From: Macrostomum lignano
Taxonomy: Eukaryota
Length of the DNA: 64,000 bases
Assembly: GCA_002269645.1 (NCBI GenBank)
Contig: NIVC01001151.1
Span: forward strand, 1 to 64,000
Direction of reading: 5' to 3'
Position 1 is the stretch's first letter. Every line of letters begins with the position of its first letter. The notes under the pieces are model-generated. The model made no database searches and was not told the origin of the DNA. It worked only from the letters and a program-made list of their open reading frames with translations. The translations under genes and the position numbers were made by a program. Positions 12,901-30,801 of this stretch are shown piece after piece.

Positions 12901-15649
12901 CACCTGCAACTGTTGTTTCCATTTCGAGGGGCGGATTTAAGGGGGGGCGTCCTCATCGCCCTCAGTTTGCTCAGTATGGCGCCTCTCTCGTCTATATTTA
13001 TAGTACCCTTCTCGTCTATATTATCGCACCACTCTCGTCTATATTATGGCGCCCCTCGTATATATTATGGCGCCCCTCTCGTCTATATTATGGCGCCCCT
13101 CTCGTCTATATTATGATGGCGCCCCCACTCATATGGTTAAAATCCGCCCCTTCATTTTATATATTTCTAAATCCGCCCCTGGTTGTTTCTTGAGCGTTGT
13201 TACTATAGTGCCATTGTGTATCACTGTGCTTAATCTGGTGCTTACCATATCCGCAGTGCTGAATGCTAAAATGACATCAGCACTTTAAGACTTTATTCAG
13301 GACTTCAAGGGGGGGCAAAAATGTACAAAGTACAAAGCACGAGTAAAATCTTTTGTGTGCAGTCAATAAATCTCTGTGTTTTCTGTCAAAGAAACTATTT
13401 TCCCTGGGGCACCCAACTCCATACTGAATTAAAACCAGACTCTCAATTGCCCTCTTCTGTAAACCCTCTATTGAAGAAGCTATTTGACTCCAGATTTTCG
13501 ATCTGCTTACTTGCTTATAGTTATAATTAGAAGAAGCAAAAGATTGAAATTTACATCGTAATTTACCAATTTTAATAATAAATCGCTACATACGAGCGTA
13601 CTACCTTGAGTAGACGATATTGGCTTAGTTGCTCAAGTTGTGGTGAGGATTTCAAAGCAAGTCGACTACACTACTTATGAAATCGGCGGCCGCCCCCCCC
13701 CCTCTGTGGCTGGCGATGATGGCGCCCCTTGGTTCTCACCGCCCTCAGTTCGCTCATTATGGCGCCCCCACTCATGGTTAAAATCCGCCCCCCATTTCAT
13801 ATTTTTAAATCCGCCTCTGCCACTAATTGCTCTTCTTTCTAACCTTTCCCCAGATGTCGCTGCGCAGCAGTTTAACAGCGGTGATGAGCAGCACATCAGC
13901 CGTCAAAGCGACCAAACTCTTCCCGGAAGCGAGGGCAGGGAGCTTTGCTCGGACCGGTTCGTGGCCGTCCTTGGCCCGCATCAAAAGCTTGAAGATTTTC
14001 AATTTCTTGAGTGCGCCAACGTCAAGGTGGAATGCGCGAAGACCCTTGACAGCTTTCAACTGGCACTGTCGAAGGTTTTGGCCCCTCTCACTCCCAAGAC
14101 CGAGCTTTGGTTCTTCCACCTGCTCCTAGTCGACATTAACAACAGCCTGATCATGGATGGCAAAGCTGTGTCCGAAAATGAAGCTTATAAACTAATACAC
14201 AGCATGGATTTGAGTCGAGTGTCAATTTTCCAATTCGTGCTCCGTTTGCCTGTTGAAGTAGCAAAATTCAATGAGGCAGCGCCATTCTGGAATAAGTCTC
14301 CTCTGGAGGCTCGACAGAGGAGGTATCGCAGCAGGCGTTCCTCAGCCTGCGGTTGTCTGTCTATTTACAACTTTGATATTTCCAAAGCAGACGACTGGCC
14401 CAGCTTGCTCAACACGCTGTCGGATTTGGTCAGCAGAGCGTCAGTAGAGGCTGATTTTACTGACGAAGAAGCCGCTACAGTTCTAAGTCAAAGTGGCTGT
14501 TTAATTCTGCGCCAAGAGTCCGGCTGTCCAGATGGAATAACCGTCAAGCAGCTGGAGCCGCTGCAGAGGGGAAATGATTTTCGACTGCCAGACGAGAGAC
14601 AACAGCAGCAGCAGCAGCAACAAAATCAGCAGGAGAACCATGATCCGCTTGGTTTCGAACTCAATCAACAGCCAGTGCAAGCGACGGAATTCACCGACAT
14701 AACGCAGCAAGTTGGTGAAAGCGAGGGAATCGGTCTCTCAGATCAAGTTTTGCAGCCGCGAGATGACCAAATGGTTCAGTGGGATTCGTACAACTCAGTC
14801 TTGAGTCCAGTGACGAGCGTGCCTGAATACCATCTGCATCCGGTGCAGTATGCTCGGAAAAAGAACGCCGCTATTGGTCTGGTTATTGAAAAGTACAGAT
14901 TCTCCGTAGACAACAAATATTATGAAGACCGTCTATGCGGCAGTAGCGACAGAAAAATAATTACAAATATTTCAGAACGAATTCTGTGCCGAAAAGACAA
15001 TATTCATCTGAATTCTGATCACAGTCTCGTATCGAAACACTGCATCAGTACATTTATCCAGCACTTTCTAACTACTTACAAGCAAGAAGAGAATCTTTTG
15101 GAATTGCTGCTCGTGTTCGTTTCGGCCCACGGCAGTCAGGAAGGCATCGTCACATCCGCCGGAGAGGAAATACCGTTAAAAGATCTGCTGCAGCCGCTGC
15201 AGCAGGTGGCGAATCATGTCCTCCTATTTTACCAGCCGTGCCGCGGCTCTCTAGAGCACAGTGTCGACGCGCCCAAAGTTCCGGATGTAAGCGGCTTAAG
15301 CTTTCCCGGAAAAGACATGGCCGGTTGCTGCCTGCCCGAGAATGGACTGCAGAATGTCTCGGCCATCTTTGCCAGCATGCCGGGCTACGTCAGCTATCGG
15401 AGCGACAGCGGAAGCCTGATGCTAGTAGCGGTGCGATCGGTTCTTCAGGATGTCGTTGGCAAGAAGATTAGTCAGAAGCAGCTGGCCCAGCTCACACAGA
15501 GAAAGATTCATACCATGTGGCCTGAAGGTCTGCAGACATCTCAGAAATTTGAATATGCGCGGGTTAACTATGCAGTTAGGCAAGTCTACCAAATCACTGT
15601 AGCAGCTGATTTACCCGTTCATCCTGAAGTTGAAGGCACTGTGCCATGA
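9916..15649 (+). CDS. Caspase-family (peptidase C14) protein with long N-terminal prodomain, ~630 aa; exons 9916-10012 and 13854-15649
   Basis: Catalytic His-Gly in VFVSAHG (His 15128-15130) and Cys in QPCRG (15233-15247). Large-subunit start YARKKNAAIGLVIEKYRF..DRLCGS and small-subunit FASMPGYVSYRSDSGS match the caspase layout. Acceptor CTTTCCCCAG at 13853 with upstream CTAAC is phase 1 and matches the donor AATG|GTGAGT at 10012/10013. The track start at 13640 lies in MITE sequence. Confidence 0.85.
10150..10605. repeat. Degenerate ~33-bp tandem array with core GAGAATCTCACAC (about 12-13 copies) in the caspase intron
   Basis: Core motif recurs at ~33 bp spacing. The intervening sequences are related to each other (AATGAGATCTCA-like), so they are not unique spacers. 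Confidence 0.8.
11620..11690 (+). promoter_or_regulatory. Candidate Pol II core promoter (CRE + TATA + Inr) inside the caspase intron
   Basis: TGACGTCA at 11627-11634, TATAAATAAAA at 11658-11668 and CCACTTT (Inr-like) at 11682-11688. Motif match only. Confidence 0.35.
12733..12864. mobile_element. Short MITE with 16-bp TIRs (hAT-like CAGTGGCG termini)
   Basis: TAGTGGCGCAGCCAGG (12733-12748) versus CCTGGCTGCGCCACTG (12849-12864), 15/16 complementary. No clean TSD. Confidence 0.7.
12927..13180. mobile_element. MITE with 13-bp TIRs AGGGGCGGATTTA, Tip100/hAT-like termini, with internal 25-bp repeats
   Basis: Perfect TIR 12927-12939 / 13168-13180. Internal tandem TATGGCGCCCCTCTCGTCTATATTA. GTTGTTTC occurs on both sides but is offset by 7 nt on the left. 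Confidence 0.75.
13680..13819. mobile_element. Partial second copy (right end) of the 12927-13180 MITE
   Basis: Shares CGCCCTCAGTT..ATGGCGCCCCCACTCAT..GGTTAAAATCCGCCCC..TTTTAAATCCGCCTCTG with 12957-13181. Confidence 0.7.
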
Positions 15650-15933
15650 CCCGATATCTCGAACCGTGTCTATTGTTGGCTCGTACATCGACGGCTCGTA
15701 CATGTACCTGTTTCTCATGGTTGCCTACCATTGTTGTTTAGGCCAACGGATTAAAAAATTTAATATGATGGTTCATAATTTGTCTCCTTTTTGTGCAACA
15801 GATTACACTTGAATGTCAATCCGATAGGTGCTGTTGCTGTTCCGCTCAATTAAGCGGTTACTGGATAAATGTTTTGGATTTTTTCATTCAATTTTACCGT
15901 TTTGGCTATGAACTGTCTAGATCCATGAAGTGC

Positions 15934-16260
15934 TCTTTTTATATCAGAGGCAGGGTCTGTGGGCACCCTGGTGCACATTAGGTGACATTGTCACAACCAG
16001 CGAGTACTCGTAGCATTACTGCCCATGAGCAGGCATACAAGCGCAAGGATACATACGCAGTCATACGCACAGGCACACATTGTTAGGCATGTACACCCCA
16101 CTGTGTCTTGAAGGTTGGTCTTCAAGGTTGTTAATTGCATGAGCAGACCCAAGCCGAGATTCCAATTTAGCCCCAAATTAATGTTGACTGCACTTGGAAT
16201 CGAGCCTGGGCCGCTGGCACATCCATGCAGAGCGACGCGCCAGACCACTGGGCTACGGCC
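15934..16260 (-). mobile_element. tRNA-derived SINE, copy 1
   Basis: The minus strand starts GGCCGTAGCCCAGTGG (A box) with B-box-like GGCTCGATTCC. The body aligns by eye with 24688-24910 on the + strand. The 3' boundary is approximate. Confidence 0.7.
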
Positions 16261-17931
16261 TCCTTCATGCACTGCACCTTGTTCACTACAATCAAATCGA
16301 CAATAATTTAGCTCGTATGGTAACAAAACCTCTGGCAAAACCTTTGGCTAATCGATTCAAGTGCTACCAGTCGTGTCTCATACCTGAGACTAGAGAAAAG
16401 CTTTCGCATTTGTACAACATAGAAGCTCATGGATGGATACAATGGAAAGCCGATTTAATAGCAAATTGAACCAAGATGAAATCTTCTGTTTCTAGTACTA
16501 AATTTACAATATATTACCTTATAAACTTCTCGGTAGCAAAAGCAAGTGTCTGTCTACGTGTCTTGTGTCTTGCAAATCCCACCCATGACTCAATGAGGCC
16601 CAACCCCCGAGGGACAGAGAGTGTTAATAAAATAATTTCTTCAGCAAAAGTTTGAAAAAATGCTTTCAGAGACAATCCGCTTCAAAATCTAGAAGCTTAA
16701 GCAAGGACAACTACTTCAGTTGTCCTTGGGCTTAAGTTGAGATAATATTCCCATTCCCCCTCCCCCGATTATCCCACTGGCTCAGGGAGAAACTGTTGAG
16801 AAAAAATCCTGCGTTAGACGAATCCATTTTAGTCAAACTCATATTCCATTTGTATGCACTGGCTGCTGAAATTCGATTCAAATTTCGTTTAAAGTCTTCT
16901 AATATGGCTGGACTGTCCGTCGGCAATATGAAAGAGTAGATAAGCGAATAGTTCCTGAGAATCCGATGCGCCTCTGGCTATAATATAATTATCCAATTAT
17001 CAAATAGACCGCTTTACGAGCATATACGAGCCAGGTCTGTAAGAGAAATCATGAAGTTTGAGCGCAATTATTGTACATACCCCCTTAGTCTTTCGCCCCT
17101 GTACTCATTCTGTATAGGATCAAGAACAAGACAAAATCATTCATTTCATTGTTTCAGTTCATTAATAAACGAAGCAGTACTGACAAAATAAAATGTTAGT
17201 TTGAAATGGATTCGTCTAACGCAGGATTTTGTGTCAACCGCGGACGAAAAAGAATCCACTACCGTAGCATGCACTCACCACCCACGCTCTTCCGATGACG
17301 AAATTGAATGCACTGTTTGAGCGTCCTCACCTCCACTGACGAACAAGAATGCACTAAAAACTGTAGGCGGAAGGCGAAATAGACTTTTGCTGAAATAGAA
17401 CGAGAGAACCAATAATCGTATACTCATTCTCAGTAGCAGATCCACACAAGGGAACAAAGGGTTAGCTGACTCCCACCTGAAAAGCATAAAAATAATCAAC
17501 CATGACCTCTTGATAGTTCTATCGCTGAAAATTGGGTCCAAAATGCAACTCTTCCGAATCTTGGTTAAAAGTTGTGGACTGCGGCGAATCCAGGAGAGTT
17601 ACAGGGGTTATTCATTTTTTAAAAGTACAAGCCAAGTCTAGGTATGTCAACACAAATTATTGCCATCTCAATTCGAAGCATTTGCTTTCGCTTGACGCAA
17701 TATCATTCGATTCAAGATTTTGCTTTTGAAAGCTCAAAAGATTGTAAAAAATTAACTTAAAGGTCATCACATCCTCGGGCTAGTCCACATCGTCATCCAA
17801 TGAGCGATCAAAAGTCACAACGACTGACGCTCAAAAGCTACACAAGTTTTCAAATCTTTTTGAGTATTAATTTTGATATCCGACTCAGTTGCTAAGAACC
17901 GTTTCGATATTGAGAAGATCGGTCTATGACG

Positions 17932-18684
17932 TCAGTTGAACGGTGACAAGCACTCGGCAAGGGCTCCATCAAAGGTATACCACGAAGATCTTCCATCATT
18001 CAGGCCCGTATAGGCGGCATTTGCGACGACCACATCTTCCAGTCCACCTGCGTTGTTCGGCTGGTTGAGGTCCCAGAGGCCGGTGTCGATGGTGGTGTTG
18101 CAGCTGGCCCATATCCATCCTCCGGCCGGTTCCTCGCTGCCTGGCAGCTGCCGGCCTCCCAGCAGCACCCTCGCCAGACCGTCTCGAGCCAAAATTCCTC
18201 GAATGTGATGTAGCTCATCATGGTTAGCGCCGTCGGCAAAGATGACGAGGCCCGGTACCGCATCGATGGCAGCCTTCGCATAGTCCCAGTCCGTGATGTT
18301 CGCCATCAGCTTGTACTTGGTGTCGCACAGGTCGTCAGAGAATCCGTCAGGGCACAGAGCTCCGGGCGGTAGTCCCGGCTGCTGCCTCACGAACACCGGC
18401 GCCCTGCGAGTGCAGCCGCAGTCTCTCACGCGCTTACTGCACCTGTTGAAGACAAACAGTTGGCACGGACCGTCGGCCACTCTGAACGCCTGACAATCAA
18501 TCTTTAAGTCGCACAGGAAGGCGCATTCCGGAGGCTGCTTCCATCCTGGGATCGTCTCAACAAACTGTGGCCTGATGCACAGTGGGACAAAGACTCGATG
18601 GTACTTTCTGGGTGTCCTGCAAGCCATCGCATGGAATGTGAAGCAGCCTACTAGTAGACAGGCAATGCTCAGGCACGATGGCAT
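17932..18684 (-). CDS. Secreted PAN/apple-like + C-type lectin-like domain protein, 250 aa, intronless
   Basis: Signal-peptide-like N-terminus. CAFLC..DCQAF..CQLF is a PAN-type Cys pattern. The C-terminal half has CTLD motifs LLGG, WIW, W..NQPNN..EDVV, LND and a terminal EC. Confidence 0.8.
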   Translation of the reverse strand: MPSCLSIACLLVGCFTFHAMACRTPRKYHRVFVPLCIRPQFVETIPGWKQPPECAFLCDLKIDCQAFRVADGPCQLFVFNRCSKRVRDCGCTRRAPVFVRQQPGLPPGALCPDGFSDDLCDTKYKLMANITDWDYAKAAIDAVPGLVIFADGANHDELHHIRGILARDGLARVLLGGRQLPGSEEPAGGWIWASCNTTIDTGLWDLNQPNNAGGLEDVVVANAAYTGLNDGRSSWYTFDGALAECLSPFN

Positions 18685-19218
18685 TGTCGCACTGGCTTCA
18701 ATAGACGATTACCAGTGAGCTTCGTTCAAGACTGGCTTTCTCAGTCCATATTTATGCATTTTTAAGTCCTTTCTTCTGTCTATTTAGTATTTAGAAAGCG
18801 AAACCTCGGTTCCATTTTTCCACTAGTTGTGCCTTGCCTGTTGTAGTAGGCATACTTTTTTATACGAAAAATCTGCTTAGCTCGAAAACGACAAAAATCC
18901 ACGAAAGCTCACGAGACAAAAGCAGTCACGGAGTCCTGTGCAAGTGTAGAGTTCAATGCACTAGAAGAATGGATGAAGCTGGAACGAGTTTTTCGTATCG
19001 AGGAATGGAATTGTCACTGGTATGCAAAATAACGATTTATGTTGTTTTTATGCATTTTGGATTTTCCAAGCCCTCAATTGACAACTGAATATTTTCAAGA
19101 GTTAAAGCAATTAATGCTTGCAATGTTACTACCACAGTCTACACATGCTACTCTTCATAGTATGTAAGTGCCTCAAAGGCTGAAACGATAAAGTCATCCT
19201 CGTATAAGGTAGTGACAG

Positions 19219-19908
<690 letters not shown>

Positions 19909-20181
19909 CATATTTACAGCCAATTAAAATAGAAAGCAATTCAATAACAAACTTTTTGGAGTCTGAAGTATGCACTGAATATCTAAATACTCGTAGAATA
20001 TCATAATTATCATAAACACTATCATAGGTGGCTCCCTCACAAGATTAAAGCAGTTCGCATAGGTCCGTGAACTACCAAACTAAGCGCGGTGAAAGTACGG
20101 AACTTATCTAACTAATCACTGAAAATTAGCGGTCAAAGTCATGACATCAGCCGTCATTTTCCACCGCCGCCGAACTGCTGC

Positions 20182-26348
<6,167 letters not shown>

Positions 26349-26469
26349 GGCAACAGCGACTTCGGCTTCGGATTTTGACTGTTAATGGAAGATTAAAGTA
26401 AATATTTGTTTAAGTAGCCAACTACGAGTATGACACAGAAGTCTACGAGTTTGTTTGACAAACTGGAAT

Positions 26470-27472
26470 CACAGTCTTTGTTTGAAAATAGAATTTGTTT
26501 TTGTTTGAAAATAAAATTATCAGTCTTTGTTCAAAATGAAGACAGTCGTTGTTTGAATCTGGAATCAGAGTCTATGTTTGAATCTGGAATCAGAGTCTTT
26601 GTTTGAATCTGGAATCGGAGTCTTTGTTTGAATCTGGAATCAGAGTCTTTGTTTGAATCTGGAATCGGAGTCTTTGTTTGAATCTGGAATCAGAGTCTTT
26701 GTTTGAATCTGGAATCAGAGTCTTTGTTTGAATCTGGAATCAGAGTCTTTGTTTGAATCTGGAATCAGAGTCTATGTTTGAATCTGGAATCAGAGTCTTT
26801 GTTTGAATCTGGAATAACAGTCTTTGTTTGAATCTGGAATCAGAGTCTTTGTTTGAATCTGGAATCAGAGTCTTTGTTTGAATCTGGAATCAGAGTCTTT
26901 GTTTGAATCTGGAATCAGAGTCTTTGTTTGAATCTGGAATCAGAGTCTTTGTTTGAATCTGGAATCAGAGTCTTTGTTTGAATCTGGAATCGGAGTCTTT
27001 GTTTGAATCTGGAATCAGAGTCTTTGTTTGAATCTGGAATCGGAGTCTTTGTTTGAATCTGGAATCAGAGTCTTTGTTTGAATCTGGAATCACAGTCTTT
27101 GTTTGAATCTGGAATCACAGTCTTTGTTTGAATCTGGAATCAGAGTCTTTGTTTGAATCTGGAATCAGAGTCTTTGTTTGAATCTGGAATCAGAGTCTTT
27201 GTTTGAATCTGGAATCAGAGTCTTTGTTTGAATCTGGAATCAGAGTCTTTGTTTGAATCTGGAATCAGAGTCTTTGTTTGAATCTGGAATCAGAGTCTTT
27301 GTTTGAATCTGGAATCAGAGTCTATGTTTGAATCTGGAATCGGAGTCTTTGTTTGAATCTGGAATCAGAGTCTTTGTTTGAATCTGGAATAACAGTCTTT
27401 GTTTGAATCTGGAATCAGAGTCTTTGTTTGAATCTGGAATCAGAGTCTATGTTTGAATCTGGAATCAGAGTC
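26470..27472. repeat. 25-bp minisatellite GTTTGAATCTGGAATCAGAGTCTTT (over 35 copies) upstream of the GPCR start
   Basis: Directly visible, with a degenerate left edge. Confidence 0.97.
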
Positions 27473-28188
27473 TTCATTTGAGAGAGAAATAAAGCACTGA
27501 AATTAGTTGTGCTGTTTTGTAGGCAAATGAAAGCACAATGCCAGCAGTTATTGCTGTAAAAATATTCACCCCGCTGCTAAAAGTACACAGAATTTAATTG
27601 ATTTCGAAGGCAGAAATTTTCCTGTTATTTCAAATTAGGGAGGAATCACCTCTGTTTGAATGACAGAGAAGTGTCCAATATTTAGAAAAAAAGATGAAAC
27701 AATCTGAAAAAAACGTAAGTATCTCTTCTACCTAAAAATTGAATAATCTGTTTAATCGACTCGTCATAGCTGATGAAAACAAAAAATGTGCCAACAAAAA
27801 CACCTGAAGAGGAGAGAGGCGCTGCACTGGCACGGAATTGAAGTCGAGGAAGCTGCGAGCAGAAGTGACTCTGAAAAAAATGGATTTCAGTCATGGAAAA
27901 GCAAACGTCATGGAAAAACCACCTTCCACAGATAATTGATGGGCTGTGGAGCGGGGCAAGGCAAATTACAGGGGCAGGGCGGAAGGCCAGTAGGGAGATA
28001 TTGATTGGGCCTCGGCTGAACAATAATCGTGCCAAAGGATCAGGAGACTTGAGAGAAAAAAGTTACTTTTTACAACTGTCCTAAAATTTTTACTAGCTAG
28101 TTTAACTTAACTAAAAGTACCGAGTTCAAAAGTCCTTGGAGCTCTATACTATTATTTCCGGCTAATAACTTTCAATGTCAGCTGGGAC

Positions 28189-28652
28189 TAGGGGTGTTCG
28201 GGTTTCCATTTTTTACCCGAAGCTCTAATCCCGAACATGAACCCGACCCGAACACCCTACCCGAACCAGAACCCCGAACACCTCTACTGCGAACTATTAA
28301 ATATTCTGTTATAAATTATTGAATAATTTGATTGCATAGTAATAATAATATTAGTCAAGACATTCCTCAGCTCAGTATAATGCAAGCAATGCAAATGCAC
28401 CAATATGGTCTTCTTTTGCTTTGAGAAGGCTATAATATTATAAATACAATTTTTTTCTAAACGGATTCCTGACGCAGCCTTAATTTATCATTTGTGTAAA
28501 TTGTTGCGCATTATAGGGCAAGTTAGCATACTAGAATGATATTTATAACGATTTAAAAAAAATTAAATATACGCGAAAAAAACCTGGAAATACTCAGTTT
28601 ACCCTTAATTTCGTTTCAACTCGTAAAAATATAAAAAACCCGAAAACCCCTA
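28189..28652. mobile_element. hAT-type MITE with 17-bp TIRs and 8-bp TSD
   Basis: TAGGGGTGTTCGGGTTT / AAACCCGAAAACCCCTA (1 mismatch). Flanks GCTGGGAC (28181-28188) and GTTGGGAC (28653-28660) match 7/8. Subterminal ACCCGAAC repeats are present. Confidence 0.85.
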
Positions 28653-28670
28653 GTTGGGACTGACGTGTGA

Positions 28671-28947
28671 TAGATTAGCAATCCATTCTATTCCTTCATC
28701 AGTGATGCTGGCTAGATTAGCAATCCATTCTATTCCTTCATCAGTGATGTTGGCTAGATTAGCAATCCATTCTATTCCTTCATCAGTGATGTTGGCTAGA
28801 TTAGCAATCCATTCTATTCCTTCATCAGTGATGTTGGCTAGATTAGCAATCCATTCTATTCCTTCATCAGTGATGTTGGCTAGATTAGCAATCCATTCTA
28901 TTCCTTCATCAGTGATGTTGGCTAGATTAGCAATCCATTCTATTCCT
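28671..28947. repeat. 42-bp tandem repeat (about 6.5 copies)
   Basis: TAGATTAGCAATCCATTCTATTCCTTCATCAGTGATGTTGGC repeated almost perfectly. Confidence 0.95.
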
Positions 28948-29561
28948 GAAGTCTATCTAAAGAAAGACAGCAAGAAAGTTCTCGGGAGGAAATGCAATTT
29001 CGAACTTATTTTCTGCTTTCTAAATCTCAGTTGAGCTCAACTTAGTTGGGAAGCCCTCGACGACTCGCGGGGGTTGTGAATCCAGTGGGGCTTACAAATA
29101 ATGGATTTTTCTCTTGAATTTTTCTCTCTTTGAAGCCTGTTAAGTGCATGCCTGTGAAAACTGGATTCATCTGGTCCTCCCCTATTCCTGTTTGACGTAG
29201 TTAAAAAAATATGCGCTCGTTAATACGCTGTGATTGATAAATAAGCTGAGTGCCAGATGAGCTGCGAGCAACGCTATTGTTATCGCTGGGAATTTCGGCC
29301 TGGCAGCAGAGTGCTCTGCATGAGGGATTCTGAATGAGGCTGAATGTACGGCGTCTCGACTGGGAGAGAGGAGAGAGATGAGATTCATGTGCTAGAGAGA
29401 AACGGTGAGACGGTAGAGGGAGATTAGAGAGAGTAGAGGGTAGAGAGGTTAATGGTGGAGATGATAGAGAGTAGATGGGAGGTGAGAGGTGGGTAGAGAT
29501 AGGTACCTGATAGATAGATAGGAAGGAGGAGCGAGAGAGAGTAGAAGGAAAATGGGAGACA

Positions 29562-30130
29562 GTAGAGGGTAGAGGGGAGATTGTAGAGGGTAGAGGGTAG
29601 AGGGTAGAGGGGAGATTGTAGAGGGTAGAGGGTAGAGGGTAGAGGGTAGAGGGGAGAGGGTAAAGGGGAGATTGTAGAGGGTAGAGGGTAGAGGGTAGAG
29701 GGTAGAGGGTAGAGGGTAGAGGGTAGAGGGTAAAGGGGAGATTGTAGAGGGTAGAGGGTAGAGGGTAGAGGGTAAAGGGGAGATTGTAGAGGGTAGAGGG
29801 TAGAGGGTAGAGGGTAGAGGGTAGAGGGTAGAGGGTAGAGGGTAGAGGGGAGATTGTAGAGGGTAGAGGGTAGAGGGTAGAGGGTAGAGGGTAGAGGGTA
29901 GAGGGTAGAGGGTAGAGGGGAGATTGTAGAGGGTAGAGGGTAGAGGGTAGAGGGTAGAGGGTAGAGGGTAGAGGGGAGATTGTAGAGGGTAGAGGGTAGA
30001 GGGTAGAGGGTAGAGGGTAGAGGGTAGAGGGGAGATTGTAGAGGGTAGAGGGTAGAGGGTAGAGGGTAGAGGGTAGAGGGGAGATTGTAGAGGGTAGAGG
30101 GTAGAGGGGAGATTGTAGAGGGTAGAGAGT
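29562..30130. repeat. (GGGTAGA)n heptamer array with periodic GGGGAGATTGT interruptions
   Basis: Directly visible. GGG tracts are separated by 4-nt loops. Confidence 0.95.
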
Positions 30131-30801
30131 AGAAGACAGAGGGTGGAGGGGAGAGGCAGATCAGACACAGTGAACTAGTTTTATATTTGGAAAAGAGATG
30201 CGACAAACAGAATGCATTGAATTCTGTTACTTCACCCAGTATCTGTGCTGTCTAACAAAATTAAATAAAAATTAAAAATTTAAACATACAGCAAAATCTT
30301 CATAAAAGCCAAGAATAATTAAAACATTGACATTTGTGTTTACATCCAACTTACGTTAAGTTTTTGCACGATATTCGACCAGTTCGAGAATATTATTTTG
30401 GCCCGAGGCGAAAGCCACAGAAACGGCAGGTGTTAGGCCAGGGAGGAGAATGTGTTGAAAGGAAGCAAAAATAACTGCAGAGCTGGATGGGGGTTGGGAA
30501 AAAGGGGAGATGGGAGGGAGGCTGGCAGTTAGGAGTGGCTGATTGGGGGGAGCGCTGGATGGCAGGAGACACGTGGGCGGCAAAACCCGGCACAACAGCA
30601 GCGAAAAGGAGTTCAAAGAGACATGCTGAGACTCTTGTTTTTGTCTCAACTGGCCGTCGCTGAAGCATCCGGGCGGAAGGCAGACAGGGACTCAGGGGGG
30701 AGAAGGAAATGAGGAAATTGGGAGCTGAGGCAAGAAATGGAATGGGAAGTGCCACTGACTGTCCTTCTTGCCATTTTCAGTTGGAATGGGAAAATTAGGG
30801 A

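Noticed and set aside
13640-13853. N-terminus of the 669-aa ORF as given in the track
   Set aside because: It is MITE and intron sequence. A strong acceptor at 13853 in phase with the 10012 donor explains the gene better.
17275-17541. Hydrophobic minus-strand ORF bounded by a possible acceptor (17477) and GTGAGT donor
   Set aside because: No recognisable motif and no partner exons identified.
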